Sequence record: MW822008.1
From: Escherichia phage BF17
DNA length: 64,000 nucleotides
Strand: one strand, 5' to 3'
This document shows, one piece after another, positions 1 to 10,790 of this stretch. The notes below the pieces were generated by a model. It saw only the letters and a list, made by a program, of their open reading frames with translations, did no database searches and was not told the DNA's origin. The position numbers and the translations under genes are program-made. The stretch's first letter is position 1; each line of letters begins with the position of its first letter.

Positions 1-2283
1 CCTGAAACGTCACCAGTTGCGACAACAGAAGATGCATTAATTACACCAAATGTACTTGGGTTAGTTGCACTAACTGATTTTGTTACTACATCAGCAGCAG
101 ACAAATCAATAGCACCAGTTACTGCAAGAGAACCACCCACAGTTACGTTACCAGTAGTTGTTAAAGAAGCAGCACTTACATCAGTAGTGCTTAAATCTAT
201 ACTACTCGGAGTTAGTGTTCCAGTAATAGTTACGTTATTAGCAAAAGTAGTGTCACCAGTAATACTTGGAACAGTTAGTGAAGCCATAGAACCAGCACCA
301 GTTACTGCAAGAGAACCACCAGATAGTGCACCAGCCGCAGTTACTGTATTACCAGATACAGACGCACCAGTAACATCACCAGTACTGGTTACTGAACTAG
401 CAGTTAGGCCAGCTAAAGTAGTGTCCCCAGCAACAGATAGTGTTGTTGTAACATCAACTTTATTTGGGGCGATATCAAGACCATCAACATCAGCTTGGGC
501 AGTTACACCAGTAGTTGTACCAGTTACTACTAAATCACGTACAGTTACAGTTTGACCAGTAACGCTAACATCACCACTGAAAGTACCTTTAGCAGCACTT
601 ACGTCACCAGTGAAGGTTGCAGCAGTACCAGTTAGTGCACCAACAACATTAGCTGTTCCACCAACTTGTAGGTTAGTTCCTACGGTGGTTTGACCAACAG
701 ATTCAAGGGTTTGTCCTTTGATTGCTTCAGCAGCAACAACAGATTTAGGAGTTAGGTCTTGACCACTTACATCAACTGTTAGGCCAGTTACAGTACCAGT
801 GAATTCAACATCATTTAGTACTGATTTACCAGCTACTTGTAGTTGTGGTGTTGCTGGACTTTGTGTACCATTACCAGTAATAGATAGATAATCTAGTTTG
901 TTTAGACCGTTACCTGTGATACCATAGGTTGCAAGAGATGCATCACCAAAGGTAGCAGTTTTTTGTACATTTAGTACTGCTGGAGATACTAGTTCAGACT
1001 GAATTTCATTTTGTAGAATTACAGTTGGACGAGCACCAGGGGCAGAATAAGCAAAACCATACTTAACGTTAGCATCGGCTGCGTTTTGTCCTAAACTTAC
1101 TGCTTTAAAATTAGCAGTACTATTAGCACCGGAAATATCAGCACCCAAAGTTACACCACCAACAAGGCTAGTTAATCCAGAAACAGTTAGAGTGTTTGCT
1201 TCAATATCATCAAGACTGAAAGTACCGCCGAGTGTACCAGATACGTTGATGTTATTAAAATTAGCAGTACCAGTACTTTCAATGTTAGGAATAGTTGCAG
1301 TTCCTGTTACTTCGAAATCATGAACTTTAGTTTTACCTGAAGTTACTTGTAATAGTGGAGTTGTTGGATCTTGAACAGAGTTACCAGATACTGTTAGGTA
1401 ATCTAGTTTGTTTAGACCATTACCAGTAATACCAAAAGTGGATAATGACGAATCACCAAAAGATGCAGTTTTCAATACACTTAGGGTAGCTGGAGACATC
1501 AATTCTGATTGGATTTCGTTCTGTAGAATTACAGTTGGACGAAGACTTGGAGCAGAATAGTTAAAGCTCAAACGGTAGTTAGTGTTTGCAGCATTGGAAC
1601 CAATTTTAATATCACGGAAGTTTGCACTACTATTCACACCAGTAATGTTGGAACCTAATGTAACACCACCTTGTAGACTGGTCAAACCAGAAACAGTTAG
1701 AGTTGTTGCATTAACATCAGATAGACTAAATGTTCCACCTAGTGTACCGGAAATATTCACATCTTTAAAGTTTGCAGTTCCAGTTGATGTAATATCAGTA
1801 GTTGCAGTGTTTGTGAATGTTGCATCAGTTGCAGTTATTGTGTCAAATGCTGCGGTAGTGCCAGTTTCAGCAGTAATGTTACCTTTAAATGAAGAAGTTC
1901 CAAGAACATCCATTGATGCCACTTGGGTATCTTTTAGTACAGCAGTGCCAGCGGTTTGTGTTAGGTTACCTGCCATTGATACTGGGCTTTGGAATTGTGC
2001 ATTAGAATTAATCGTTGCAGTATCAGAACCAACAGGTAAATTACCAATTACGGAATTACCATGAACTTCAATTCCACCATTCAATGATGCTTTACCAGCA
2101 ACATCTAGTGTAGATGAAATGTCTACAGTTTCTGCTTCAATTGCAGTGAATACAGCGTCAGCAAAAGTTACAGTTCCATTAACTGTTAGATTTTTATTGA
2201 ATACTGCATCGCCTTTCACAAGAAGATCTTTAGCAACCGTTGCACCACCAGTTATATCGAGATCTGTTTTAATCGAGTACATT
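1..2283 (-). CDS. Tail fiber protein, N-terminal ~760 aa only (gene runs off the window start)
   Basis: Minus-strand frame is open from ATG at 2281-2283 (RBS GGAGGG, tttggagggaactaaATG) to position 1; no complete minus ORF is listed here and plus ORFs 187-555 and 1582-2064 are antisense shadows. Translation MYSIKTDLDITGGATVAKD... is T/S/G/V/N-rich and beta-fiber-like with an internal ~165-aa duplication. Confidence 0.6.
836..1830 (-). repeat. Diverged tandem duplication (~2 x ~490 bp) inside the partial tail fiber gene
   Basis: Segments ~836-1330 and ~1347-1830 align at nucleotide level (shared runs such as taatctagtttgtttagacc, ttctgtagaattacagttggacg, ccagaaacagttagagt); encoded ~165-aa units are ~70% identical (TGTANF..NISGTLGGTFSL..TLTVSGLTSL..RPTVILQNEIQSEL..GITGNGLNKLDYL). 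Confidence 0.75.
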
Positions 2284-2358
2284 TAGTTCCCTCCAAATAG
2301 GCAAAAAGCATAAAATACATTTGACCTTGTTAATATACATATATTTAGTTATTGATAT

Positions 2359-2402
2359 AAAAAATCCAGACTAGATGAATCATAGTCTGGACTATTTTTT
2401 TT
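2359..2402. terminator. Intrinsic terminator hairpin flanked by A- and T-tracts (can act on either strand)
   Basis: aaaaa-CCAGACTA-gatgaatca-TAGTCTGG-actatttttttt; lies between the 299-aa gene end (2401) and the start of the partial fiber gene. Confidence 0.6.
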
Positions 2403-3300
2403 ATTTACCGGAAATTACTATTTTACCACTAAACGCTTCGTCAGAAGTGAATGTAACATTACCACTTGCATCAATTTGAGTTTCGGTTATTACCAGTTCA
2501 AATGGTGATGCTGCTGTGCTGCCTGGAGTTTTATTTGAATAAATTGAAATATACAAATTATCAGGTGTTTGGTTATGTTCAGACGCGGGGATAGTAATGG
2601 TGTATTCATCACTAGATACTACCCAATCCGCTTGGTTAATTAATTTACTATAAGGTACTGTCATTGTTGTTGCTCCTATGATGTTGACTTTGACACTTGT
2701 ATAATCAGTGATTTGACCAATAACATCAATCGTAATGTCACCAATACCACTCACAGTGACGTTAGTTTGGAATACAGTGTCAAGTGGGATGTTACCAGGG
2801 TCACCCTGTAGCTGAACCATAATATCTGGTCCACGACCATGTACTGATTCAGGTAAAGAATAAGTATATTGATCTGTTGTTCCAGGAACTAATGTAAATG
2901 CCGATACAGGAACGATTTCAGTAGTAACGTAAGAACTATCAGTACCTGGAGTTGTGCTTTGGAGAGGTTTCCAAACACCAAGGTCTTTAATATAGATCTG
3001 AATAATATTAGTACTGTCAACTAAGAAGTAAGCGTCACCATCTACACCGATTGATTCAGATGGTGCAATAGTTCCACGTAAAATACCGGAACCGCCACCA
3101 CCACCGCTATGTGTATTCAAATAACCCAATGTAACCAAGTGTGTATTTGCGGTTGGGTCACCTGCTGAAACAGGAAGAAGTTGTGTACCCGTGTAGTTCT
3201 GGATTTGAACAACATTACCATTAGTGGCAATTTGTGCACCATTTTTACCAAGTATGAAGGTCTTCTTCATGGTTCCTTCTAAATTAGAAAAAACTGCCAT
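2401..3300 (-). CDS. Tail fiber/tailspike-like protein (299 aa) with the shared N-terminal module MAVFSNLEGTM
   Basis: ATG at 3298-3300 with RBS AAGGAGA; N-terminus identical to that of the next gene; Gly-run linker (HSGGGGGSG) then beta-rich C-terminal domain. Confidence 0.6.
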   Translation of the reverse strand: MAVFSNLEGTMKKTFILGKNGAQIATNGNVVQIQNYTGTQLLPVSAGDPTANTHLVTLGYLNTHSGGGGGSGILRGTIAPSESIGVDGDAYFLVDSTNIIQIYIKDLGVWKPLQSTTPGTDSSYVTTEIVPVSAFTLVPGTTDQYTYSLPESVHGRGPDIMVQLQGDPGNIPLDTVFQTNVTVSGIGDITIDVIGQITDYTSVKVNIIGATTMTVPYSKLINQADWVVSSDEYTITIPASEHNQTPDNLYISIYSNKTPGSTAASPFELVITETQIDASGNVTFTSDEAFSGKIVISGK

Positions 3301-3314
3301 TTTTATAATCTCCT

Positions 3315-5456
3315 TTAAGATAGGGTGATATATGTTATTGGTTGAGCAGCTTTCAATAATGCCCCTGCTGCGGTAGCAGTAACAATCGGATCGGCAATAT
3401 CGATACGATACGCATTATTAACAACATAAACTGCTCTAGTGATATATGTTTTTAAATCTTCGCCGTTTTCCCCTGCTCCTGTGATTAGGATTTCGGTTCC
3501 AGCAGCTTTAGCATATTGATTTTCACCCCATGATACACCCAATGCTTCGATATAAGTTTGTCCTGCAACTGTTTGTCTAATTGTGTCATATCGACCAAAG
3601 AAAGAACCACCTACTGTAACAATAAATTTTCCACCTGATTGTTTATGGATAATTGTTCCTTCTGGGAAATATCTCCCACCAGGAAAAACATCATAAGGCA
3701 CGTAATACTGTTCAACTACAGGTATTACTACAGGTCCACGATGACCCGTTCCATCAATTGCAGTGGTTACTTTAAAGTTATTAGATGATTGGTCAATACG
3801 GTCAACATACATTCTTGAGAAACTATATTTTGATATGTTACAATCATCTTGAACAACACAATTAGTCCAGTTGGTATATGTATATTTAGAGCGAGTATAT
3901 AAGCCCCCTCCTTCACCTTCAGTTGCAAGGTGTTGTCCAATAACATCAAGTTCTTTAGTACTGATATTATTAAACTTGGAAGATGACGGCAATCCACGCC
4001 ATTGAATTCTACTACATGTAATATTAGAAAGTTCAGTAGTATTTAGCCAATTATCAGAGCCTGATGTATGCACAATAATAGACGACTCAGGAATGTGGAG
4101 ATTACATAATTTAAAGTTACGTGGAGGACCAGCAAATTTACCAGATGTTACACCCCAGTTAATAGAAACCATACGGTTAGTTACTGATGGATCATTTAAT
4201 AGATGTCCAGATAGGCCATCAATAATAAAATCAACAGAACCATAAGTAATTACACCAGCGGTTGTCAAACCAGTACCAATTGATACCAATGTCGATGGAT
4301 AAACTTCATTATTAAGAATTTTAAAGTCTTTACCCAATTCAACGTGAATACATTGACGAACATTGTATAAGCGGTTATTTTTTATAACGAATTTTTTTAC
4401 ATATTGTGAATCATCTGCATTCACATCATAAGGACCAGAACCAGCAACGCCGATACCAATACCCCAGTTTGAAAGAGGAATTGGTGCATCTGTACCATCT
4501 ACGTTTTCAATCAAGTTACCTTCTATTACAAAACCGTCTGGGTAATGTGAGTTGACTACGTTCAATTCAATTGCATCACCATATATATCATGGATGTGGT
4601 TGTATGAATAACGCCCAACTGTCATTTTCTCACCAGTGCCTTGCTGAAGAACACCGTACTTACATTGTGTCATTTCATTAAAGCAGAAGTCGATAGTACC
4701 TGATTCAGTCATACCTTGCATTAGAAATGCAGCAGTACTTGTAATATTAATAAATTTATTAAAATAAAATTTACCATTACCACCAAAGAATTTTAAATAA
4801 CATCCTGTTAATGTTGCTTGTTGGATTGTACTATTCAGTACTGATACCATTGTTCCACCGTTACCAGTGATTGTTCCACCAAACCATTGAATATCATTCA
4901 AATAAACAGCAGTTCTGATACGATAATTACCACCAGCTTGAATTTGGATTTGGTGTTCTTTTGCATAAACTGCACATGCGTTAACCGCCGCCGTGTCATC
5001 AGTGATGCCATCACCTTTTGCACCAAACTCTTCTGGAGTTATGTAAAACTGTGCCTGTTGGAGTGTTCCTCCAGTAATAAGTCCGATATAATCAGCACCG
5101 TTAACACTGGAAAGGACATTTTTATTAATGTATAATGATTTTACCCAAACATCATTTGTTTTTGCAAAGATATCAACAATACCCTCAGAATCAACTTGAA
5201 AATAAGTGTTGTTATTTTTACCAATGTCATTTGTTGGTGGAAGCACGCCAAATAAAGCATTTGGGTTATCTTCAAGATACCTAACGTTTACTGCGGAATC
5301 ATCGTCATTAGGAGTTCCCACCTTAACAGGTAGGAACGTTTCGCCTAAAAAGTCTTTGATTGCGACAGAATCGTTTACAAAATTAATAGAAGCACCACGT
5401 TTACCCAACTTAAATGTTGGCATCATGGTTCCTTCTAAATTGGAAAAAACTGCCAT
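3315..5456 (-). CDS. Tailspike protein with right-handed beta-helix / pectate-lyase-like domain (putative polysaccharide depolymerase), 713 aa
   Basis: ATG at 5454-5456 with RBS GAGGG; N-terminal MAVFSNLEGTM module; motif EEFGAKGDGITDDTAAV is the classic signature of pectate-lyase-fold tailspikes. Confidence 0.65.
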   Translation of the reverse strand: MAVFSNLEGTMMPTFKLGKRGASINFVNDSVAIKDFLGETFLPVKVGTPNDDDSAVNVRYLEDNPNALFGVLPPTNDIGKNNNTYFQVDSEGIVDIFAKTNDVWVKSLYINKNVLSSVNGADYIGLITGGTLQQAQFYITPEEFGAKGDGITDDTAAVNACAVYAKEHQIQIQAGGNYRIRTAVYLNDIQWFGGTITGNGGTMVSVLNSTIQQATLTGCYLKFFGGNGKFYFNKFINITSTAAFLMQGMTESGTIDFCFNEMTQCKYGVLQQGTGEKMTVGRYSYNHIHDIYGDAIELNVVNSHYPDGFVIEGNLIENVDGTDAPIPLSNWGIGIGVAGSGPYDVNADDSQYVKKFVIKNNRLYNVRQCIHVELGKDFKILNNEVYPSTLVSIGTGLTTAGVITYGSVDFIIDGLSGHLLNDPSVTNRMVSINWGVTSGKFAGPPRNFKLCNLHIPESSIIVHTSGSDNWLNTTELSNITCSRIQWRGLPSSSKFNNISTKELDVIGQHLATEGEGGGLYTRSKYTYTNWTNCVVQDDCNISKYSFSRMYVDRIDQSSNNFKVTTAIDGTGHRGPVVIPVVEQYYVPYDVFPGGRYFPEGTIIHKQSGGKFIVTVGGSFFGRYDTIRQTVAGQTYIEALGVSWGENQYAKAAGTEILITGAGENGEDLKTYITRAVYVVNNAYRIDIADPIVTATAAGALLKAAQPITYITLS

Positions 5457-5470
5457 TTATCAACCCTCTT

Positions 5471-6598
5471 TTAAATGTTATCTTGAATAGGCTGAATAGG
5501 TGCTTGCCATGATAAAGTACAAACGATCTTCATTTCACCAAATGAACTGTTGTTTACGGAATCATTGAATACACAAGAAATGATTTCATCTTTACTTGAC
5601 ACTTCATGGTTGGTTTCGTTAACAATGTAACGCATTTTGCGGTTGATATCGAAATAATCAACAGGTGCAATTACAGTACCACCAATATCTTCTTGTGCTT
5701 CACCACCGAAACGTACAAACATTTCACTTACTGGTTCATCATATGCTTGGTTAATATCAACTTCGATATTAGTTACTAGGTATCCAGCAGGGCATGTACC
5801 AATAACTAACAATGCGTTGGTCCATGAATGATCAATAGTGTTGATGATAACAACTGTATCTTTACCTGGTTCACCCTGAATACCTGGTTCACCTTGCTTA
5901 CCTTCTTCACCGTCTTTTCCACGGAATAAGATGCCAGCACTCCACTCTTTAGTTGGGGTGGATGATGTAGTTACGATATCAACATAATACAAATTACCAT
6001 CAGTAGTGTTATAGAAGCAATAATCTTGTGGTAGATTATCAATGCTTGGGAATTGACTACCAGTACTATCAATGTGGAAACGACCACGTAGACCCTGTTC
6101 ACCACGGAAAGGAACACCATCACTCCATGTTGCAGTTACGCTTTGATAGAAATATAATTTACCATCTTCAGTATTATAGAAGGTATAGTTATTGACGAGG
6201 CCAGTTGTTGGAAACACAGTACCGGAACTGTCAATGTGGAATGGTTTACCAGCTTCACCAGTATCACCTTTACCAAACTCTACACGGTTCCAAGTACTAA
6301 TTGTTTCTTGTGCATCGTTTGATTTAAAATATAAAGTACTAGTGCCGTTTGCAAGACTAAGATAACACCACCCTAGTTCTTCACCAACACGGAAGAGTTC
6401 ATTAGGAACTTCAAAACCTATCTCATTTGGATAAAAGTTTCTACCGTTAGCACCATTTTGTCCAACCACTAGACCTAAGTCTTGGATTGTATTGTCGGAA
6501 TAGGTTACAATTAAATGTCCAGCAGCGTTAATAACTAAACTTTTGATGCCAGAATTATTACATGAACCACCTGACCCATTGTTGAATGAAATTGTCAT
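5471..6598 (-). CDS. Collagen-like repeat tail fiber protein (~375 aa; ORF track start 6634 is less likely)
   Basis: ATG at 6596-6598 is preceded by RBS AAGGGAAA, whereas the 6634 ATG has none; G-x-y triplet runs (GKDGEEGKQGEPGIQGEPGKD, GDTGEAGKP, GEQGLRG). Confidence 0.55.
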   Translation of the reverse strand: MTISFNNGSGGSCNNSGIKSLVINAAGHLIVTYSDNTIQDLGLVVGQNGANGRNFYPNEIGFEVPNELFRVGEELGWCYLSLANGTSTLYFKSNDAQETISTWNRVEFGKGDTGEAGKPFHIDSSGTVFPTTGLVNNYTFYNTEDGKLYFYQSVTATWSDGVPFRGEQGLRGRFHIDSTGSQFPSIDNLPQDYCFYNTTDGNLYYVDIVTTSSTPTKEWSAGILFRGKDGEEGKQGEPGIQGEPGKDTVVIINTIDHSWTNALLVIGTCPAGYLVTNIEVDINQAYDEPVSEMFVRFGGEAQEDIGGTVIAPVDYFDINRKMRYIVNETNHEVSSKDEIISCVFNDSVNNSSFGEMKIVCTLSWQAPIQPIQDNI

Positions 6599-6662
6599 AA
6601 TATTTCCCTTGTATGAGTTAATGTCATATACCAATATTTATCAGTACAAAATACATTTCGTT

Positions 6663-6682
6663 GCCATTAATAAATAAATGAA
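6663..6682 (+). promoter_or_regulatory. Late-promoter-like element (TAATAAATAAAT) upstream of the plus-strand 165/202/366-aa operon
   Basis: Resembles the T4 late promoter TATAAATA; a GATAAATATT-type element on the opposite strand at ~6631-6640 could serve the divergent fiber gene. Confidence 0.3.
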
Positions 6683-6707
6683 AGTTCACTACTAAAAGGG
6701 CTTAACA

Positions 6708-7205
6708 ATGGCATTAAGATCAAAAGACTTCCTCTTCAAAAGAAAAACTAAAGATGGTTCATGGCAAGAATTTCCTGAATCAGATAGCTGGTATCCTGCT
6801 AACTTAGATTATCATTGGAACGAACAAACATTACCATTAGCTAGTGGCGGCTATTATGGTAGTACTACAGGATTACATACAATATCCTTTACCCTACGTA
6901 ACTTCATTGGTAGAATTTACGTACTCGCTACACTGGCAAGTAATCCATCTGACGATGATTGGTTCCCAATTAAATTTACCGAAAGCTGCAACTTCTATCT
7001 TGAATTTACTGATAATGTCATTCTTAACCCAAATGGTGGTGACCTTATTAGAGAACAAGGTACAACTGGTACATTCGCTGAAACCTTAACCGGAAACTTT
7101 ACCTATCTGAAAGTTGGTATTGACCGTGATTACATTAGCAAGTATCCATCTGATGTACAAAAAAGTTTAGCTGGTAAGTTAGAACAAATTTTAATTAACT
7201 ACTAA
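6708..7205 (+). CDS. Hypothetical protein (165 aa)
   Basis: Intact ORF with RBS-like aaaaggg upstream; first gene of a three-gene plus-strand operon that diverges from the fiber genes. Confidence 0.5.
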   Translation: MALRSKDFLFKRKTKDGSWQEFPESDSWYPANLDYHWNEQTLPLASGGYYGSTTGLHTISFTLRNFIGRIYVLATLASNPSDDDWFPIKFTESCNFYLEFTDNVILNPNGGDLIREQGTTGTFAETLTGNFTYLKVGIDRDYISKYPSDVQKSLAGKLEQILINY

Positions 7206-7214
7206 GGATTAGAA

Positions 7215-7823
7215 ATGAAATTAGAAACAGAACAACCAAAACTATTTGTTAAGGGTCATGTACTAATTACTGACGTTACTGATCCATCTAACCAAAAAAT
7301 CGTTTTGGATAAATCAAACGCAATTCACCCTGAAAATATGAGTACTGCTATTGCTAATGCGTTGGCTTATAATCAAGATAGTACTGGTATTCCTATTGGA
7401 TCTATTAGTGAGATGCGTTTTGGTAATGGTGGAACAGTAGTTTTGAGTACTGGTCGTATCACATACAAGAAACCACGCGTTACTTCTTTCGGTGGTCTAT
7501 ATTCTCAGACTTATCTGAAAAAAATCAACCCACGTATCTCTGCTGGTATTGATTCACAATATAACAACATTACAACTGTTCACATTCCAGGCCAAGCTTA
7601 CACTGATATTGTCTGTATTTGTACATTAGGTTTAGGTGAGCCATCTGACCAAGGTGTTAGCTCTGGTACTAGCATGGATGGGACATATGTATTTGACGAA
7701 TTGGGTTTATATACAAATGGTGATAGTGGTATTCCACTTACCCATATCATTTTTCACCCAGTTGAGAAAAGTGCTAACCGTGTTTTGCAAATCAAATACA
7801 CAGTTCGTGTCCAACTACAATAA
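7215..7823 (+). CDS. Hypothetical protein (202 aa), likely virion-associated
   Basis: RBS AAGGA 7 nt upstream; tightly packed between neighbours. Confidence 0.5.
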   Translation: MKLETEQPKLFVKGHVLITDVTDPSNQKIVLDKSNAIHPENMSTAIANALAYNQDSTGIPIGSISEMRFGNGGTVVLSTGRITYKKPRVTSFGGLYSQTYLKKINPRISAGIDSQYNNITTVHIPGQAYTDIVCICTLGLGEPSDQGVSSGTSMDGTYVFDELGLYTNGDSGIPLTHIIFHPVEKSANRVLQIKYTVRVQLQ

Positions 7824-7835
7824 TAAGGTGATGAT

Positions 7836-8936
7836 ATGAGTGTAAGTTATACAATTTATAGAAGTAATGGTAGCGTTTATGCTACCATTCCAAATAACGT
7901 AATATTAGGACCAAACCAACCTGGTAGTAACCCAGTACCGTTAAACTTTGCAGGTAGAAATAAAGTTGGTTACGGGCAAGCATGGAACGAAAACTTCCTC
8001 CACTTGGTTGAGAACTTCAGTGGGGCTACTGCACCTCGTGGTAACGTTAATGGTCAGATTTGGTACAGAAATACTGGCAACACTGGTGAACTACTTCTTG
8101 CATTAGTTGATAATGCTCGTCAACCAGTAGATACTGCATCTGAAGCTGACTGGGCATCTATCCCAATGATTTCAATTTTCAACACAGTACCAGATGGTGA
8201 AAATAGTATTATGGGTCGTATGGTTCTTACCAGCAATGGTGATTCCCTTCGTGTCCTAATGAAAAATAAAGAATGGCGTGAAATTCAAACATCTCGTCCT
8301 GAAAATAAAGAATACTCCACACTACTTGATATCAACTATGATACAGGTAAGAAATACATTGAATTTACACAAAGTAACAGTACTAAGCCATTAGCTTACT
8401 TCAATATGGGTGGCACTTCACAGGTTGATTCAAATAACTGGACAACATTCACAAATGGTACTGGGGTGTTTGAATTTGGTAGTAACTATTTTTATGAATT
8501 GAAAATTATGATTCGTGAAGTTAGTGATTCATCAGGTGAAATTGTTTCTCTTCCGTATAATTCAAAAACATTTTTCATTAAAGGTCAGTTCTATGTTGAT
8601 AACCAAGGTACATTTGTTCCTGGTTCAATTGGTGCAAGTCAGATTCCAGACCCACGTCGCATTACACAACTAGAATCAATCAAGGATGTAATTACCAGTA
8701 GTCGCCCTAATTGGGATGTATCTATGGTAATTAATGGTGTTGACCCAACTCTCCCAAATCCGAATGGTATTACAAAAGCGGATTACGAAAACTGGGTGGT
8801 TAACTCTCTTAACTCTAATAAAAACTTAGGGTTCCGCGTCGATGGTATAGTAAACAACCTTTCGGCGGGTGAGTCAGTTAAGCTTCAAGCATCTGTCCTA
8901 CTTAATATAACAGGTATCCCACTGATTGGGGTATAA
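7836..8936 (+). CDS. Hypothetical protein (366 aa), likely virion-associated
   Basis: RBS AAGGTGA upstream; followed by a terminator. Confidence 0.5.
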   Translation: MSVSYTIYRSNGSVYATIPNNVILGPNQPGSNPVPLNFAGRNKVGYGQAWNENFLHLVENFSGATAPRGNVNGQIWYRNTGNTGELLLALVDNARQPVDTASEADWASIPMISIFNTVPDGENSIMGRMVLTSNGDSLRVLMKNKEWREIQTSRPENKEYSTLLDINYDTGKKYIEFTQSNSTKPLAYFNMGGTSQVDSNNWTTFTNGTGVFEFGSNYFYELKIMIREVSDSSGEIVSLPYNSKTFFIKGQFYVDNQGTFVPGSIGASQIPDPRRITQLESIKDVITSSRPNWDVSMVINGVDPTLPNPNGITKADYENWVVNSLNSNKNLGFRVDGIVNNLSAGESVKLQASVLLNITGIPLIGV

Positions 8937-8940
8937 AAAG

Positions 8941-8972
8941 AAAAAAGGAGCCAATGGCTCCTTTTTTTGTTA
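8941..8972. terminator. Bidirectional intrinsic terminator at a convergence point
   Basis: aaaaaa-GGAGCCA-a-TGGCTCC-ttttttt between the plus operon (ends 8936) and the Nudix gene (ends 8970). Confidence 0.7.
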
Positions 8973-9434
8973 ATATCGATATGGTAAGCTGTTGACAAAC
9001 TGTGTACCTTGACGTATACTTTCCCACAATGAATAAAAATCCTTCATTAAATTTGCGTTGAGTAATGTGTTTTTTGCACCAGGATGTAACGGTTTAGGCC
9101 ATGAGCCAATCTTAACCCATGCATAACCAGAACTCTCATGATTTAAAGTAGGTACGAATTCATTTTCAACTACAATGACAAATGAATAGTATTTAAATTT
9201 ACCATTCTTAGTGCAGAACACATCAAATGGTATAATATCTATTATCGTTGGAATAGAATCACCTAGTTCTTCTTTAATCTCACGCATAAGACCCTGTAAA
9301 GGAGTTTCATTATACTCAAGCTTCCCACCAACAAATGCCCAGTTGTTAGAATACGTACTTCTTTCTGATCTCAAGTTTAACATCATGTGTCCAGTACTTT
9401 TAGATAAAAATATAGCACCTACTGCTTCATTCAT
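8970..9434 (-). CDS. nudE: Nudix hydrolase (T4 NudE-like)
   Basis: Canonical Nudix box GGKLEYNETPLQGLMREIKEELG (G-x5-E-x7-REuxEExGu); RBS GGAGGTG. Confidence 0.75.
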   Translation of the reverse strand: MNEAVGAIFLSKSTGHMMLNLRSERSTYSNNWAFVGGKLEYNETPLQGLMREIKEELGDSIPTIIDIIPFDVFCTKNGKFKYYSFVIVVENEFVPTLNHESSGYAWVKIGSWPKPLHPGAKNTLLNANLMKDFYSLWESIRQGTQFVNSLPYRY

Positions 9435-9446
9435 AACAACACCTCC

Positions 9447-10790
9447 TTATTTGTCAGTGAAAGTTATTTTCCAATACCCCTGGCGATATACCGACATAAT
9501 ACTCTTATGCCATTTGAATTTGTCATTATATCTATAATATCCACTATCTTCCATATTATAAACATAGTTGTGTACTAGTGATGGTTCAATAAGTTCTGCT
9601 CCATCATTGGTAATTTTAAACAAATAGTTCGCTGGGATTTCAGTCTCTTTGTAAATGATGTTATGTATGCTATTATTTACATAATATTGTTCAGGTAGTG
9701 CGTTATATAACAAAGAGCCTTTACTAATGAATCCATGTATTGTATAATCAACAGTATAATTACTATTATCAAGCTGAACTACAATCTTGTTAGCATCAAC
9801 CCCTTCACCAAATGAAGAGATATGTCCTTTTAGTGGGTTATCCTCTTCTATAGCTTGTTGGAATTTAATACCTACAGTCTTGTCTTCATATTCTGGGTCC
9901 AAGTACTTAAGGTATTTTTCCCATGAATAAATCCCACCATTTGGTGATGTTTCTGATAGTGATTGACTAACAAGAGTAAGTTGGTAAGTATCTGGTATAT
10001 TAAGTTCAGAGTTTGTTATTTCATCAACTTTAATACATAAGTTCTTTGGTGTGAACACATCAGTAATGATATCGGAGTAATTACCAATTTCAAAATCAAG
10101 TTCATCACGAGCACCTTTAATATTGGTGGTGATTTGTTGGATAAGTTTTGGTTTCTCAACAATAGCTGGCAAAGAGAACCAAATTGTGGTTTCAAATGTC
10201 AATACCATTATATCCAAATCACTATCGGTTCCTTGTGGGAAACCACGAGTAGTAAATTGACAGTCAATCAACTCCACATCACTCAATGATGTCCAATCCA
10301 ATGGGTTCTCGGAGAGTTGTAATTGAATACTAGGAGCAAACAATGTTGAAATTTGCTCAAATAGTTCCATTTTAGTTTGTGTTTGTGTAACCCAAATATT
10401 AACATCAAACGTAAATGTCCAAGGTACTGGGTTATGACGAGTTACTTTATACTGTTTATCTAAGTCTTTAGTATATTCGTTAATTCCAGGGGACTTGTTA
10501 GTCCCCATAACTAATGTTTCATTTGCGTTTGAACGAACTGACTTGCGATCTAGTTTAAGTTGGTTTACACTAATGGTCATGATTGGTGCTGTTGGAAGCA
10601 CGTTCTCACTGTTACCATTAATAATTGCTGCTGCCATACGTGAAATATCTGCATAGCGGCAAGGAACTTTCTTATATTTTGGTTTTCCGTCAGCATCAAC
10701 ACCATTTTGTACTTGAAATTCACCAAACACTCTGATAAGATGTTTCAGTACTCGACGAAATTGACCATCATAATAATAATCTATTTTCAT
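9447..10790 (-). CDS. Hypothetical structural protein (447 aa), possibly baseplate or neck
   Basis: Overlaps the upstream gene by ATGA; sits in the minus-strand structural block; no motif recognised. Confidence 0.5.
   Translation of the reverse strand: MKIDYYYDGQFRRVLKHLIRVFGEFQVQNGVDADGKPKYKKVPCRYADISRMAAAIINGNSENVLPTAPIMTISVNQLKLDRKSVRSNANETLVMGTNKSPGINEYTKDLDKQYKVTRHNPVPWTFTFDVNIWVTQTQTKMELFEQISTLFAPSIQLQLSENPLDWTSLSDVELIDCQFTTRGFPQGTDSDLDIMVLTFETTIWFSLPAIVEKPKLIQQITTNIKGARDELDFEIGNYSDIITDVFTPKNLCIKVDEITNSELNIPDTYQLTLVSQSLSETSPNGGIYSWEKYLKYLDPEYEDKTVGIKFQQAIEEDNPLKGHISSFGEGVDANKIVVQLDNSNYTVDYTIHGFISKGSLLYNALPEQYYVNNSIHNIIYKETEIPANYLFKITNDGAELIEPSLVHNYVYNMEDSGYYRYNDKFKWHKSIMSVYRQGYWKITFTDK

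Noticed and set aside
187-2064. Plus-strand ORFs 187-555 and 1582-2064
   Set aside because: They lie antisense inside the long open minus-strand fiber frame, have no RBS and low-complexity Val/Thr/Pro-rich translations typical of shadow ORFs opposite T/S/G-rich fiber genes.
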